Positions 1 to 9,886 of a stretch of 39,313 nt of DNA are shown in pieces. The position numbers and the translations under genes are program-made. Within the stretch, counting starts at the first letter, position 1, and the number at the start of each line of letters is the position of its first letter. The DNA comes from a virus: UHGV virus genome UHGV-0145328. One strand, 5' to 3'. A model generated the notes under the pieces. That model saw nothing but the letters and a program-made list of their open reading frames with translations. It was not told where the DNA came from and searched no databases.

Positions 1-10
1 TTAGCAAGAC

Positions 11-28
11 TGTGTACATTTGTACACA
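11..28. promoter_or_regulatory. Palindrome TGTGTACAtttGTACACA upstream of rcdA; possible autoregulatory operator
   Basis: Near-perfect inverted repeat about 20 bp upstream of the rcdA start codon; function is inferred only. Confidence 0.3.
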
Positions 29-49
29 ATTGCAGAGAGAGGAAATGAC

Positions 50-586
50 ATGCGTCGCGCTAACGATCCGCAACGGCGAGAAAAAATTATCCAGGCCACG
101 CTGGAGGCGGTGAAACTTTACGGAATACATGCTGTTACACACCGCAAAATTGCTGCCCTTGCCGGGGTGCCGTTGGGATCGATGACCTACTATTTTTCAG
201 GAATTGATGAGTTGTTGCTGGAGGCGTTCAGCCGTTTTACTGAGATCATGTCCCGGCAATATCAGGCATTTTTTAGCGATGTTAGTGATGCTCCAGGCGC
301 ATGCCAGGCTATCACCGATATGATCTACAGCTCACAGGTCGCAACGCCGGATAATATGGAGCTGATGTACCAGCTCTACGCGCTGGCTAGCCGAAAACCG
401 CTCTTAAAAACGGTAATGCAAAACTGGATGCAGCGCAGTCAACAAACGCTCGAACAATGGTTTGAACCCGGAACCGCCCGCGCGCTTGATGCGTTTATTG
501 AGGGGATGACGCTGCATTTTGTCACCGACCGTAAGCCGCTATCACGCGAGGAGATTTTGAGGATGGTTGAGAGGATTGCTGGGTAG
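50..586 (+). CDS. rcdA: TetR-family transcriptional regulator RcdA (YbjK)
   Basis: 178-aa product from the ATG at 50 ([35 protein letters not shown]...) matches my recollection of E. coli RcdA/YbjK; N-terminal TetR-type HTH. Confidence 0.9.
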   Translation: MRRANDPQRREKIIQATLEAVKLYGIHAVTHRKIAALAGVPLGSMTYYFSGIDELLLEAFSRFTEIMSRQYQAFFSDVSDAPGACQAITDMIYSSQVATPDNMELMYQLYALASRKPLLKTVMQNWMQRSQQTLEQWFEPGTARALDAFIEGMTLHFVTDRKPLSREEILRMVERIAG

Positions 587-589
587 TAG

Positions 590-616
590 ATAAATTTCAG
601 GCAACAAAAAACCCAT
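590..616. repeat. attL core (27-bp direct repeat ATAAATTTCAGGCAACAAAAAACCCAT)
   Basis: Identical 27-mer recurs at 36472..36498; it lies just after the rcdA stop and next to the integrase gene. Confidence 0.85.
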
Positions 617-634
617 TTATGTAAACGGGTTAAT

Positions 635-672
635 GAAAACAATAAGTTAGGTTAAAAACAATAAGTTAGGTT
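635..672. repeat. Tandem 19-bp direct repeat (G/AAAAACAATAAGTTAGGTT x2); candidate integrase arm-type binding sites
   Basis: Two adjacent copies identical at 18 of 19 positions, between the attL core and the int 3' end. Confidence 0.45.
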
Positions 673-690
673 GGTGGTCAGTGGTGGTTA

Positions 691-1743
691 TTACGGGGTA
701 ATGCCAACCGCTGCCGCCACTTTGTCGCCACTTGGCAGCGTTGCCAGAGGATTGAAACGGAGCGCCGTTTCTAGATGATCCGGTGCCAGATGTGCGTAAC
801 GCATAGTCATTTTTATATCGTGGTGTCCGAGAATTTTTTGTAAGGCCAGAATGTTTCCACCCGACATCATGAAGTGCGCCGCAAACGTATGGCGCAGAAC
901 GTGTGTGAGTTGACCGCGAGGGAGCACGATAGACGTTTTTTCCATCACGGATAAAAATTGAAAATAGCAGTCTGTGAAGAAATTGAACCCATCAAGCGCC
1001 ATGATCTCTTCGTAAAGCTCTTTACTGATAGGGATGCTTCTGTTTTTCTTCCCCTTCGTTCTGACAAAGGTAATTCGGTATTTGGTCACCTGTGAGCGGG
1101 TAAGATTTACGGCTTCACGCCAGCGTGCGCCTGTGCTTAAGCATATCTTAACTACCAGTGCCAGAATTGGGTCCTGACGTTTGCAATCAGCCAGCAATTC
1201 AACAATCTGCTCATGGGTAAGCCATGCCATCTCTTTTTCTGCGATGGTGAATTTTCGCATGTTCTCCAGTGGGTTCGGATACGACCATTCGCCCAGACGG
1301 GATAGTTCGCTAAAAACACTACTTAGATAGCTTTGCTCCAGGTTAATGGTGACCGGGCTTGCTCCTTTCTTCCATTTCTCGCTGAAGTAGATCTCGCCTG
1401 TCAGGCGTTTATCTCGATAGTGGGCAAACATTTTAGAGGTGAGATCGGTTGCAAGAGGATTGCCCAGAGCGTCAACCATCAACAGCAATTTGTCATAGAC
1501 ATGCTGCCCAGCTGTCAGAGATTTACCATGTAGTTTGAACCATAGCTCAACCACGTCTTTCAGTGTTCGACGATCCACTGATTCACCCAGCCAGGGCTTT
1601 GCTTCGGTTTCTTCCATCGTGTGGCGCTCAAAAGCCAGTGCTTCGCCTTTGGTGGCGAATTGTTTACGCACACGACGCCCACTTCGTCCGGCGGGGTAAC
1701 ATTCGCAAAGCCATTTCCCTGTGGTTAGTTTTCGTACTGCCAT
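691..1743 (-). CDS. int: Tyrosine integrase (P2 Int family)
   Basis: 350 aa; C-terminal catalytic region with HxxR and a terminal Tyr (…LRHTFAAHFMMSGGNILALQKILGHHDIKMTMRYAHLAPDH…); adjacent to attL. Confidence 0.9.
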   Translation of the reverse strand: MAVRKLTTGKWLCECYPAGRSGRRVRKQFATKGEALAFERHTMEETEAKPWLGESVDRRTLKDVVELWFKLHGKSLTAGQHVYDKLLLMVDALGNPLATDLTSKMFAHYRDKRLTGEIYFSEKWKKGASPVTINLEQSYLSSVFSELSRLGEWSYPNPLENMRKFTIAEKEMAWLTHEQIVELLADCKRQDPILALVVKICLSTGARWREAVNLTRSQVTKYRITFVRTKGKKNRSIPISKELYEEIMALDGFNFFTDCYFQFLSVMEKTSIVLPRGQLTHVLRHTFAAHFMMSGGNILALQKILGHHDIKMTMRYAHLAPDHLETALRFNPLATLPSGDKVAAAVGITP

Positions 1744-1825
1744 AAAAAGCCCTCATATCAGAGGGCTAAATTTAACTGTATATGTAACCAGTAATCAATG
1801 TGTGATTACTATGAAACATACATTG

Positions 1826-3502
1826 CTAAGCAACATGTAGTTCATCGTTGGCGGAAGTGGCTGCTTTGCGCTCCTGCTCAATAGCTAGAGACTCTCTATA
1901 TTCTTTCGCCTCTGCAAACATTGTCCAGTGGGCGTTGATGTTCATGTCTTCAATAACTGATTTGATTTCTTTTAAATTTACGTTAAAAAACTCTTTTCGT
2001 GAGTTAATTTTATTGACCTGCTTTTCGTTGAAAACTTTATGCAGATGGTTTTCTAATGATGGTGCATCATCACTATAAATCATCGCATGAACATCGAACG
2101 AAAAAGGAACACTAGCATCTCCGAGTTCACGAACACGATCAAGTGGTTCAAGGCGGCGTGTCATTCCAATTTTATATACATCTTCGCCAAATGAACCAAT
2201 ATTACTAATGATATAGACGTGGCCTGATCTGGTTTGTTGAGCCATAGAAATAGCTCGTTGATTTTTAGCTTCAGCTTCTTCATATTTTAACTGTAGTTCA
2301 GCTATTTTTTGCTCTAAAGCTAAGCGTTGTTCTTCATTTGCAAGCATAAGTTCTTTCGTTGCTTTATTTATAGCTTGCTGAATAGCTTTTTCTTCTTTTT
2401 CAGCTTCTTTTATCGCTTTTTCATATTCTCTACGAGCTCTTTCCTCTTCACGAAGCTGTTCTTTAATCCTTCTTTGCTCTTCTTTTTCTTCGAGCATAAT
2501 TTCATTAACTGCTACACCCCATTTTAGCTCGTTGAGTCTTGCCTGAAGATAGATGTCACTTATTTTTGCGGACCTAAAGGCAGAGCCATTGTAATTTACT
2601 AGTTGAAATGCATCTTTTATTTCTTGGGAAAGTTTTCCAAAATTGTTGTGTTTGACTTTTGATAAAATACTGTCAACTCTTCCATTGAAGGCATCCAAAA
2701 CAAAGTTTATGGCAGTATTACGCCTGTTTTGCTCAACATAATCACACGAAGCAGCTTTATTAGTTTTTATTAATGATTTGGTTAACTCTCTGGCTTTTTG
2801 TAATTCCTTGCCTGCATCTGTAAATTCATAATTTTCTGCCAGCTCATCAAGTACACTACGGTTAGGGATGATCCATTCATCACCATAACCTTCAATTTTA
2901 TTTTTCATTGATTTTGCAACTGCTTCATATTTTTCTGCAAACTCTTTAGCTTCATATGCTGAACCAGCAATCTCCTTTGCTCTTTCTTCTGCATCAGAAA
3001 TAATTTTTACTGCATTGTCATTAGCATTTGAGATTAGCTCATTTGCTTTATTATTAGCATTATCAAGACGTTCTTTGGCTTTCAGGCGTGCATCGCGAGC
3101 GTCTTTGGTGATTGCTATAGCTTCGCTATTAGCGTTGCTTATTGTCATCTGAGCTTGATAATTTGCTTCGTTTACTGTTTTAGCCGCCTTAATTTGGGCT
3201 TCATCTATTTTTTGCTTGGCTATTGAGTCCGCATTTTTTATCTTATTCTCTGCATCCATTACTGCGCTGTGCAATTCTTCGTATTGCCACAATGGTGCTG
3301 CTCGCCCTTCAAGCTCTGATAATTCTCGTACGGTCTGTGCTAGTTTTTCTTGATTTTCAATCAGTTGGTTAGAAAGGGCTATGTTGTTAGCTGTCAGGTT
3401 ATCTATAGCCGCTTTGTGTTTTTTACTTTGTTTAAATAATATTACAGCTAGAACAGGGGCGAGAAATGCTAATAAGAGTATAACGATGGCAAATGAATTC
3501 AT
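1826..3502 (-). CDS. Membrane-anchored coiled-coil protein with DUF4041-like region and C-terminal T5orf172 (GIY-YIG-like) domain; cargo gene
   Basis: N-terminal hydrophobic helix (SFAIVILLLAFLAPVLAVILF); long K/E/A-rich heptad regions; C-terminal block GHVYIISNIGSFGEDVYKIGMTRRLEPLDRVRELG...VPFSFDVHAMIYSDD typical of T5orf172; visibly AT-rich; co-oriented with cI and int. Confidence 0.7.
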   Translation of the reverse strand: MNSFAIVILLLAFLAPVLAVILFKQSKKHKAAIDNLTANNIALSNQLIENQEKLAQTVRELSELEGRAAPLWQYEELHSAVMDAENKIKNADSIAKQKIDEAQIKAAKTVNEANYQAQMTISNANSEAIAITKDARDARLKAKERLDNANNKANELISNANDNAVKIISDAEERAKEIAGSAYEAKEFAEKYEAVAKSMKNKIEGYGDEWIIPNRSVLDELAENYEFTDAGKELQKARELTKSLIKTNKAASCDYVEQNRRNTAINFVLDAFNGRVDSILSKVKHNNFGKLSQEIKDAFQLVNYNGSAFRSAKISDIYLQARLNELKWGVAVNEIMLEEKEEQRRIKEQLREEERARREYEKAIKEAEKEEKAIQQAINKATKELMLANEEQRLALEQKIAELQLKYEEAEAKNQRAISMAQQTRSGHVYIISNIGSFGEDVYKIGMTRRLEPLDRVRELGDASVPFSFDVHAMIYSDDAPSLENHLHKVFNEKQVNKINSRKEFFNVNLKEIKSVIEDMNINAHWTMFAEAKEYRESLAIEQERKAATSANDELHVA

Positions 3503-3522
3503 TTTAAAATCCTTTTACTATA

Positions 3523-4119
3523 TTAATTCGAGACTATTGTACTTCTTATACAAGCAACCACTTCAATATCAGAAAATGCACATTCAAAGCTATTCTCTGC
3601 TGTTGTAATTTTAATCATTCCTTTAGGAAGCCTTGTGATTTTTCGAATGGAATAGGTTCCGTCGATATTGATTAACCAGTTTCCATCAAGTACTTCAGAA
3701 AATTTTTGATCACAAATGTATGTGACGAGTCCATCCTGAACAACAATTGGTGATGAAAGGTTTGCAGGAAGAAATGATGAATCGAAGACATATGAACCGT
3801 CTTCAATCATTTTGCCTGCGGCAAGGCGAAACTTAACAAGCTCTTCTGTAGCTGCTGTCAGCGAGCTTTGCTTAAGGCCTTGTCCGGTAGTTAACCATTT
3901 GAGGGAGGTTCCTGTTTCAAGAGCACATTGGATTATCCAGTCAGCAGGAAATGTATCCCGCAAATACCTGTTCGCTAGTGTGCTTTTTGATACTTCCAAG
4001 TGATCAGCTAAAGCCTGTCGTGTCGTAAAGCCATAGGCTTCGACTAATCGCTCAATCGCAGCCTTACCACCTTTATTGGGATTTATTTTGATCTCACTTG
4101 GGTACTTTGATGTTGACAT
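3523..4119 (-). CDS. cI: Immunity repressor CI (186-type)
   Basis: 198 aa with N-terminal HTH-like region, divergent from apl/cII; position between int and apl matches the 186 lysogeny module. Confidence 0.75.
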   Translation of the reverse strand: MSTSKYPSEIKINPNKGGKAAIERLVEAYGFTTRQALADHLEVSKSTLANRYLRDTFPADWIIQCALETGTSLKWLTTGQGLKQSSLTAATEELVKFRLAAGKMIEDGSYVFDSSFLPANLSSPIVVQDGLVTYICDQKFSEVLDGNWLINIDGTYSIRKITRLPKGMIKITTAENSFECAFSDIEVVACIRSTIVSN

Positions 4120-4140
4120 ATCTCTTTTGCGATCCTAGTA
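4112..4140 (+). promoter_or_regulatory. Candidate lytic promoter pR (TTGACA-17 bp-TAGTAT)
   Basis: Consensus -35 TTGACA at 4112..4117 and -10 TAGTAT at 4135..4140 with 17-bp spacer, upstream of apl. Confidence 0.55.
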
Positions 4141-4148
4141 TCAGTTTT

Positions 4149-4164
4149 GTACCCAATTGGGTAC
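4149..4164. promoter_or_regulatory. Perfect 16-bp palindrome GTACCCAATTGGGTAC; candidate repressor operator
   Basis: Perfect inverted repeat just downstream of the putative pR -10; a half-site-like TTGGGTAC also occurs at 4098..4105. Confidence 0.5.
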
Positions 4165-4215
4165 TTGTCACGATTACTACAGGCTCACCACAAGCCAATA
4201 GGAGATGTTGCATCA

Positions 4216-4436
4216 TGACCACTAACATTTCAATAACTCTGAATACGCCACACGTCACAATCGAGCGTTATAGCGAACTTACTGGTCTTTCAATCGACAC
4301 AATCAACGATATGTTGGCGGATGGTCGCATTCCTCGGCATCGTCTTCGTAAAGACAAGAAAAGAGAAAAGGTAATGATCAACCTTGCTGCTCTTACCGTT
4401 GATGCACTTACTGATTGCAATGTTGTATTCAACTAG
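4216..4436 (+). CDS. apl: Excisionase / transcriptional regulator Apl (Cox-like)
   Basis: 73 aa from the ATG at 4216 with upstream AGGAG; small basic protein first in the rightward operon; the longer ORF from 4098 is probably an over-extension. Confidence 0.7.
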
Positions 4437-4468
4437 TTCCATTTTGGGATACATCAGAGGTGTCGACC

Positions 4469-4978
4469 ATGTTTGATTACCAAGTTTCCAAACATCCACA
4501 TTTTGATGAAGCCTGTCGTGCATTCGCACTGCGCCACAATCTGGTGCAACTGGCAGAACGTGCGGGCATGAATGTGCAGATTCTGCGGAACAAGCTGAAC
4601 CCAGCTCAACCTCATTTATTAACCGCACCAGAAATCTGGCTGCTTACCGATCTGACTGAAGATTCAACGTTGGTAGATGGTTTTCTGGCACAGATTCATT
4701 GTCTGCCATGTGTACCGATTAATGAGGTAGCAAAAGAGAAACTGCCGCATTACGTCATGAGCGCAACTGCAGAGATCGGGCGTGTTGCAGCAGGTGCGGT
4801 ATCTGGTGATGTAAAAACTAGTGCCGGTCGTCGTGATGCTATCAGCAGCATTAACTCTGTAACACGACTGATGGCGCTGGCTGCTGTTTCATTGCAAGCC
4901 CGTTTACAGGCTAATCCTGCGATGGCGAGTGCAGTTGATACCATGACTGGCCTTGGTGCTTCATTCGGTTTGCTGTGA
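4469..4978 (+). CDS. cII: CII lysogeny-establishment activator (186 CII-like)
   Basis: 169 aa from [37 protein letters not shown]…; closely resembles 186 CII as I recall it. Confidence 0.8.
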   Translation: MFDYQVSKHPHFDEACRAFALRHNLVQLAERAGMNVQILRNKLNPAQPHLLTAPEIWLLTDLTEDSTLVDGFLAQIHCLPCVPINEVAKEKLPHYVMSATAEIGRVAAGAVSGDVKTSAGRRDAISSINSVTRLMALAAVSLQARLQANPAMASAVDTMTGLGASFGLL

Positions 4979-4985
4979 GGTGTTT

Positions 4986-5282
4986 ATGCTGACGAAAGAA
5001 CCATCATTTGCATCGCTGCTGGTAAAACAAAGCCCGGCAATGCACTACGGTCACGGCTGGATCACGGGTGAGGATGGAAAACGCTGGCATCCATGTCATT
5101 CACAAGATGAATTGCTGTCTGAATTGACCACGAGGAAACGGAGAAAGTCCAAATGTATGCGGCAGAAAGTGAAGTGGTTTATCAGTTTCGTTACAGAGGG
5201 GAGAGTTATTCAGTACCTGAAGATGATTTGCTCTGTTGCTATCCGTCATTGTCGGGCGATGGCAGTTACTTTTTCACGTTAA
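4986..5282 (+). CDS. Early-region hypothetical protein (fil/dhr region); 3' portion uncertain
   Basis: ATG at 4986 (MLTKEPSFASLLVKQ…); C-terminal third is Cys/Arg-rich and overlaps the next ORF in another frame. Confidence 0.4.
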   Translation: MLTKEPSFASLLVKQSPAMHYGHGWITGEDGKRWHPCHSQDELLSELTTRKRRKSKCMRQKVKWFISFVTEGRVIQYLKMICSVAIRHCRAMAVTFSR

Positions 5283-5377
5283 AGGATGGGACGTTTTTAC
5301 GGGGAGAGCAGGTTAAAGAGACGATACGAAAAAATGTATCTCCTCTTGAGCGTTACCGTAAGAACAAAGAACGATAG
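5153..5377 (+). CDS. Early-region hypothetical protein
   Basis: 74 aa with a GGAG RBS about 10 bp upstream; plausible composition. Confidence 0.55.
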   Translation: MYAAESEVVYQFRYRGESYSVPEDDLLCCYPSLSGDGSYFFTLKDGTFLRGEQVKETIRKNVSPLERYRKNKER

Positions 5378-5399
5378 CTGCGTTTGGGGGATATGAAGT

Positions 5400-5741
5400 A
5401 TGGCAATTAATGGCGCTGCAGCAACTGTTCCATTAAGCCCCGGTGAACGCCTGAATGGACTTAATCACATTGCGGAGTTAAGGGCGAAAGTTTTTGGCCT
5501 GAATATTGAGTCAGAGCTTGAGCGGTTTATTAAAGATATGCGTGATCCACGGGATATCAATAATGAACAAAATAAACGGGCACTGGCTGCCATATTCTTT
5601 ATGGCAAAAATTCCAGCTGAACGTCATAGCATCAGCATTAATGAGCTGACCACTGACGAAAAGCGGGAGCTGATTAAAGCAATGAATCATTTTCGTGCAG
5701 TGGTGAGCTTATTTCCCAGACGGCTAACCATGCCGAATTAA
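5400..5741 (+). CDS. Early-region hypothetical protein
   Basis: 113-aa ORF in the early operon; no motif recognised. Confidence 0.55.
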   Translation: MAINGAAATVPLSPGERLNGLNHIAELRAKVFGLNIESELERFIKDMRDPRDINNEQNKRALAAIFFMAKIPAERHSISINELTTDEKRELIKAMNHFRAVVSLFPRRLTMPN

Positions 5742-5808
5742 CCAACTAATGAAATTAATGGCGTAAACCCGCCGGGCATCCCTTTATCTAAATTCAGGAG
5801 AATTGATT

Positions 5809-6042
5809 ATGCGTAATATTGAAACCCTCACGACTAAAACCGGACCGGATGACGCAGGGCTTAATATTTTACTGACAGAGGCTCGTCTGGAAGAACGCCG
5901 GGCAAGGGCTGAAGCAATGGCTGCTCGCCTTGATAGCCTGGCGTGTCATATCTCATCCCGCCAGCTAAACCACGTGGAAGCGGCAGAACTGCTGCGCGTG
6001 ACTGCTGAAGCAATCCAGAACGAAGCGCAGGAGATCCACTAA
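5809..6042 (+). CDS. Early-region hypothetical protein
   Basis: ATG at 5809 preceded by AGGAGAA; the ORF track used an upstream TTG. Confidence 0.55.
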   Translation: MRNIETLTTKTGPDDAGLNILLTEARLEERRARAEAMAARLDSLACHISSRQLNHVEAAELLRVTAEAIQNEAQEIH

Positions 6043-6269
6043 TGGCTGATGCAATGGATCTCGTACAGCAGCGCGTTGAAGAAGAACGCCAGCGCCATAT
6101 CCGTGCAGCCCGTGCCAAATCACCGGGCGTGTCACGCGTACTTTGCATTGAATGTGAAGCGCCAATTCCGCCAGCACGACGCCGCGCCATTCCGGGAGTG
6201 CAGCTTTGCATTACCTGTCAGGAAATCGCAGAGCTGAAAGGCAAACATTACAACGGAGGTGCTGTATGA
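6042..6269 (+). CDS. TraR/DksA-family C4 zinc-finger protein
   Basis: 75 aa with CIECEAPIP…CITCQ four-Cys motif, typical of phage TraR-like proteins. Confidence 0.7.
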   Translation: MADAMDLVQQRVEEERQRHIRAARAKSPGVSRVLCIECEAPIPPARRRAIPGVQLCITCQEIAELKGKHYNGGAV

Positions 6270-7123
6270 GCACCATCCTGAAATGGGCGGGAAATAAAAC
6301 CGCCATTATGCCAGAACTGAAAAAATACCTTCCTGCTGGCCCGCGACTGGTTGAACCTTTCGCGGGTTCCTGTGCTGTGATGATGGAAACGGATTATCCC
6401 AGCTATCTGGTTGCGGATATTAATCCTGATTTAATCAACCTCTATAAAAAGGTTGCCGCTGATTGTGAATCGTTTATATCTCGCGCCAGAGTTTTATTTG
6501 AGATCGCAAACAGGGAGGTGGCTTATTACAACATAAGGCAGGAGTTTAACTGCTCAACTGAAATTACTGATTTCATGAAAGCGGTATATTTCCTGTATCT
6601 CAATCGTCACGGTTACCGTGGTTTATGTCGCTATAACAAGAGCGGGCATTTCAACATTCCCTACGGTAATTATAAAAATCCGTATTTCCCTGAAAAAGAA
6701 CTTCGCACATTTGCAGAAAAAGCCCAGCGAGCAACGTTTATCTGCGCCAGCTTTGATGAAACGCTGGCGATGTTGAAGGCGGGAGATGTGGTGTATTGCG
6801 ATCCGCCATATGACGGTACGTTTTCCGGCTATCACACTGATGGTTTCACTGAAGATGACCAGTATCACCTGGCATCCGTTCTTGAACATCGGTCATCAGA
6901 AGGACATCCGGTCATTGTTTCTAACAGTGACACATCCCTGATCCGTTCGCTGTATCGCAATTTTACTCACCACTATATCAAGGTAAAACGCAGCATCGGT
7001 GTGGCAGCTGGCGAGGGTAAATCAGCAACAGAAATCATTGCTGTTTCCGGGCCGCGCTGCTGGATGGGATTTGATTATTCGCGTGGCGTGGATAGTTCTG
7101 CCGTGTACGGAGTACGTGCATGA
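6266..7123 (+). CDS. dam: DNA adenine methyltransferase (Dam-like, GATC type)
   Basis: [11 protein letters not shown]… N-terminus, FAGSCAV AdoMet-binding motif and DPPY catalytic motif; start overlaps the stop of the preceding gene. Confidence 0.85.
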   Translation: MSTILKWAGNKTAIMPELKKYLPAGPRLVEPFAGSCAVMMETDYPSYLVADINPDLINLYKKVAADCESFISRARVLFEIANREVAYYNIRQEFNCSTEITDFMKAVYFLYLNRHGYRGLCRYNKSGHFNIPYGNYKNPYFPEKELRTFAEKAQRATFICASFDETLAMLKAGDVVYCDPPYDGTFSGYHTDGFTEDDQYHLASVLEHRSSEGHPVIVSNSDTSLIRSLYRNFTHHYIKVKRSIGVAAGEGKSATEIIAVSGPRCWMGFDYSRGVDSSAVYGVRA

Positions 7124-9534
7124 GTCATGCCGATATGAACAACTGCTGCGGCTTTAACGAGGCTGCCGCAGCATTCTCATGGAACAGCCCGAAAAAGGCC
7201 ATTAACCCTTATCTGGACCCGGCGGAAGTTGCGCCGGTTTCTACGCTTTCAAACCTGATCACTCTGTACGCTGCCGATAACGAGCAGGAACAACTGCGCC
7301 GCGAGGCACTGAGTGATCAGGTCTGGGAGCGTTATTTCTTTAATGAATCACGTGATCCTGTCCAGCGCGAAATGGAGCAGGATAAGCTCATTAGCCGGGC
7401 AAAGCTGGCGCATGAGCAGCAGCGTTTTAATTCAGACATGGTCATTCTGGCGGACGTCAACGCCCAGCCTTCCCATATCAGCAAGCCGCTGATGCAACGT
7501 ATTGAATACTTCAGCAGCCTGGGCAGGCCAAAGGCTTATTCCCGCTATTTACGTGAGACGATTAAGCCATGTCTGGAACGACTGGAGCATGTACGCGACA
7601 GTCAGCTATCTGCATCTTTTCGCTTTATGGCAAGCAATGAAGGGCTGGACGGCCTGCTGATCCTGCCTGAAATGAGTCAGGATCAGGTGAAACGCCTGTC
7701 CACCCTGGTAGCTGCGCATATGAGTATGTGCCTTGATGCAGCTTGTGGTGATTTGTATGCCACCGATGACGTTAAGCCAGAAGAAATCCGCAAGACATGG
7801 GAAAAGGTGGCAGCGGAAACCCTGCGTCTGGATGTCATCCCACCTGCGTTTGAGCAACTCCGTCGGAAAAGAAACCGCCGTAAACCCGTGCCCTATGAAC
7901 TCATTCCGGGTTCGCTGGCGCGTATGTTGTGCGCCGACTGGTGGTATCGGAAATTATGGAAGATGCGTTGCGAATGGCGGGAAGAGCAGTTGCGCGCTGT
8001 TTGCCTGGTCAGCAAAAAAGCATCTCCTTATGTCAGCTATGAAGCCGTGATGCATAAACGTGAGCAGCGCCGTAAGTCGCTGGAGTTTTTCCGTTCTCAT
8101 GAACTGGTGAACGAAGACGGCGACACGCTGGACATGGAGGATGTGGTAAACGCCAGCAGCAGCAACCCTGCGCATCGCCGCAATGAGATGATGGCCTGTG
8201 TTAAAGGTCTGGAGCTTATCGCGGAAATGCGCGGTGACTGCGCCGTTTTCTACACTATCACCTGTCCGTCGCGTTTCCATTCCACGCTAAATAACGGCAG
8301 ACCAAACCCGACCTGGACAAACGCGACGGTAAGACAAAGCAGCGATTATCTGGTCGGCATGTTTGCTGCATTTCGTAAGGCGATGCACAAAGCCGGGTTG
8401 CGCTGGTATGGCGTGCGGGTGGCTGAGCCGCATCATGATGGCACAGTTCACTGGCACCTGTTGTGTTTCATGCGCAAAAAAGACCGCCGTGCCATCACTG
8501 CATTACTGCGTAAGTTTGCCATCCGTGAAGACCGCGAGGAGCTGGGCAATAACACTGGGCCGCGCTTTAAGTCTGAGTTGATTAACCCGCGCAAAGGAAC
8601 GCCGACAAGCTACATCGCGAAATATATCAGTAAGAACATTGACGGTCGTGGTCTGGCTGGCGAGATCAGCAAGGAAACGGGTAAATCTCTGCGTGATAAC
8701 GCTGAATACGTGAATGCCTGGGCGTCTCTGCATCGTGTTCAGCAATTCCGCTTCTTTGGTATTCCGGGGCGTCAGGCTTACCGTGAACTTCGCTTGCTGG
8801 CTGGTCAGGCGGCAAGGCAACAGGGTGACAAAAAAGCAGGTGCGCCGGTACTGGATAACCCGCGTCTTGATGCCATTCTGGCTGCTGCTGATGCTGGTTG
8901 TTTTGCCACCTACATCATGAAGCAGGGCGGCGTACTGGTTCCCCGTAAATATCACCTCATCAGAACCGCTTATGAAATCAACGAAGAGCCGACCGCCTAT
9001 GGCGATCACGGCATTCGTATTTATGGCATCTGGTCACCCATTGCAGAGGGCAAGATCTGCACTCATGCAGTGAAGTGGAAAATGGTTCGTAAAGCCGTTG
9101 ACGTTCAGGAGGCGGCAGCCGACCAGGGCGCTTGCGCCCCTTGGACTCGTGGCAATAACTGTCCCCTTGCTGAAAATTTGAACCAACAAGGGAAAGACAA
9201 ATCAGCTGATGGAGATACCAGAACGGATATCACCCGCATGGATGACAAGGAGTTGCACGATTACCTGCACAGTATGAGCAAAAAAGAGCGCCGGGAACTG
9301 GCTGCAAGGTTACGCCTGGTGAAACCGAAACGGCGTAAAGACTACAAACAGCGAATTACAGACCATCAGCGACAGCAGCTCGTCTATGAACTGAAGTCCA
9401 GAGGATTTAATGGCAGCGAGAAAGAGGTCGATTTACTCCTTCGCGGCGGCAGTATTCCGTCAGGAGCAGGCCTGCGTATCTTCTATCGGAACCAGCGTTT
9501 GCAGGAAGATGATAAGTGGCGAAACCTGTATTAA
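7120..9534 (+). CDS. A: Replication initiation protein A (rolling-circle HUH endonuclease, P2 gpA-like)
   Basis: 804 aa containing [11 protein letters not shown] (HUH motif); position after the early genes. Confidence 0.85.
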   Translation: MSHADMNNCCGFNEAAAAFSWNSPKKAINPYLDPAEVAPVSTLSNLITLYAADNEQEQLRREALSDQVWERYFFNESRDPVQREMEQDKLISRAKLAHEQQRFNSDMVILADVNAQPSHISKPLMQRIEYFSSLGRPKAYSRYLRETIKPCLERLEHVRDSQLSASFRFMASNEGLDGLLILPEMSQDQVKRLSTLVAAHMSMCLDAACGDLYATDDVKPEEIRKTWEKVAAETLRLDVIPPAFEQLRRKRNRRKPVPYELIPGSLARMLCADWWYRKLWKMRCEWREEQLRAVCLVSKKASPYVSYEAVMHKREQRRKSLEFFRSHELVNEDGDTLDMEDVVNASSSNPAHRRNEMMACVKGLELIAEMRGDCAVFYTITCPSRFHSTLNNGRPNPTWTNATVRQSSDYLVGMFAAFRKAMHKAGLRWYGVRVAEPHHDGTVHWHLLCFMRKKDRRAITALLRKFAIREDREELGNNTGPRFKSELINPRKGTPTSYIAKYISKNIDGRGLAGEISKETGKSLRDNAEYVNAWASLHRVQQFRFFGIPGRQAYRELRLLAGQAARQQGDKKAGAPVLDNPRLDAILAAADAGCFATYIMKQGGVLVPRKYHLIRTAYEINEEPTAYGDHGIRIYGIWSPIAEGKICTHAVKWKMVRKAVDVQEAAADQGACAPWTRGNNCPLAENLNQQGKDKSADGDTRTDITRMDDKELHDYLHSMSKKERRELAARLRLVKPKRRKDYKQRITDHQRQQLVYELKSRGFNGSEKEVDLLLRGGSIPSGAGLRIFYRNQRLQEDDKWRNLY

Positions 9535-9628
9535 TTACGCGGGTTAACAATTCGTGCTCTTAATAATACCAGGCATATCAGGCTGATGAACGTAAAAAAA
9601 CGTTTTACATCAGTAAGATTATTATATA

Positions 9629-9644
9629 CTGTAAATATAAACAG
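9629..9644. promoter_or_regulatory. LexA box (CTGT-N8-ACAG)
   Basis: CTGTAAATATAAACAG matches the SOS-box core exactly, about 45 bp upstream of the ATG at 9688. Confidence 0.7.
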
Positions 9645-9687
9645 TGGTTATGTATACAGTATTGCTTGTGGTGTCATAGGAGGAAAG

Positions 9688-9876
9688 ATGCAGGACTATT
9701 TTTTGGAGTCTTTGAAGCTCCAGCGCATTGATTTTTTTCTTAAGCTTGTAGCGGCTAGTGAGTGTAGTGATGAAGAGAAGGGGCTGGCTTTGCAGTGGGT
9801 TTCTGAACTGACAGATGAACTCATGGCAAAAATCAGAACCCACGAATACAACCGCTCAATGGATGTCATCAGCTGA
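9688..9876 (+). CDS. Small protein in LexA-controlled operon (possible Tum/antirepressor N-terminal part)
   Basis: 62 aa from the ATG at 9688 with strong AGGAGGAAAG RBS, downstream of the LexA box. Confidence 0.5.
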   Translation: MQDYFLESLKLQRIDFFLKLVAASECSDEEKGLALQWVSELTDELMAKIRTHEYNRSMDVIS

Positions 9877-9886
9877 GGTGACTTTT

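Noticed and set aside
2327-2527. 66-aa Phe-rich ORF on the plus strand inside the T5orf172 gene
   Set aside because: Arises from the antisense of a Lys/Glu-rich coiled-coil region; low complexity.
4098-4215. N-terminal extension of the apl ORF (112-aa version from 4098)
   Set aside because: The extension overlaps the cI start and the promoter/operator region and has poor composition; the ATG at 4216 with a nearby RBS is the more likely start.
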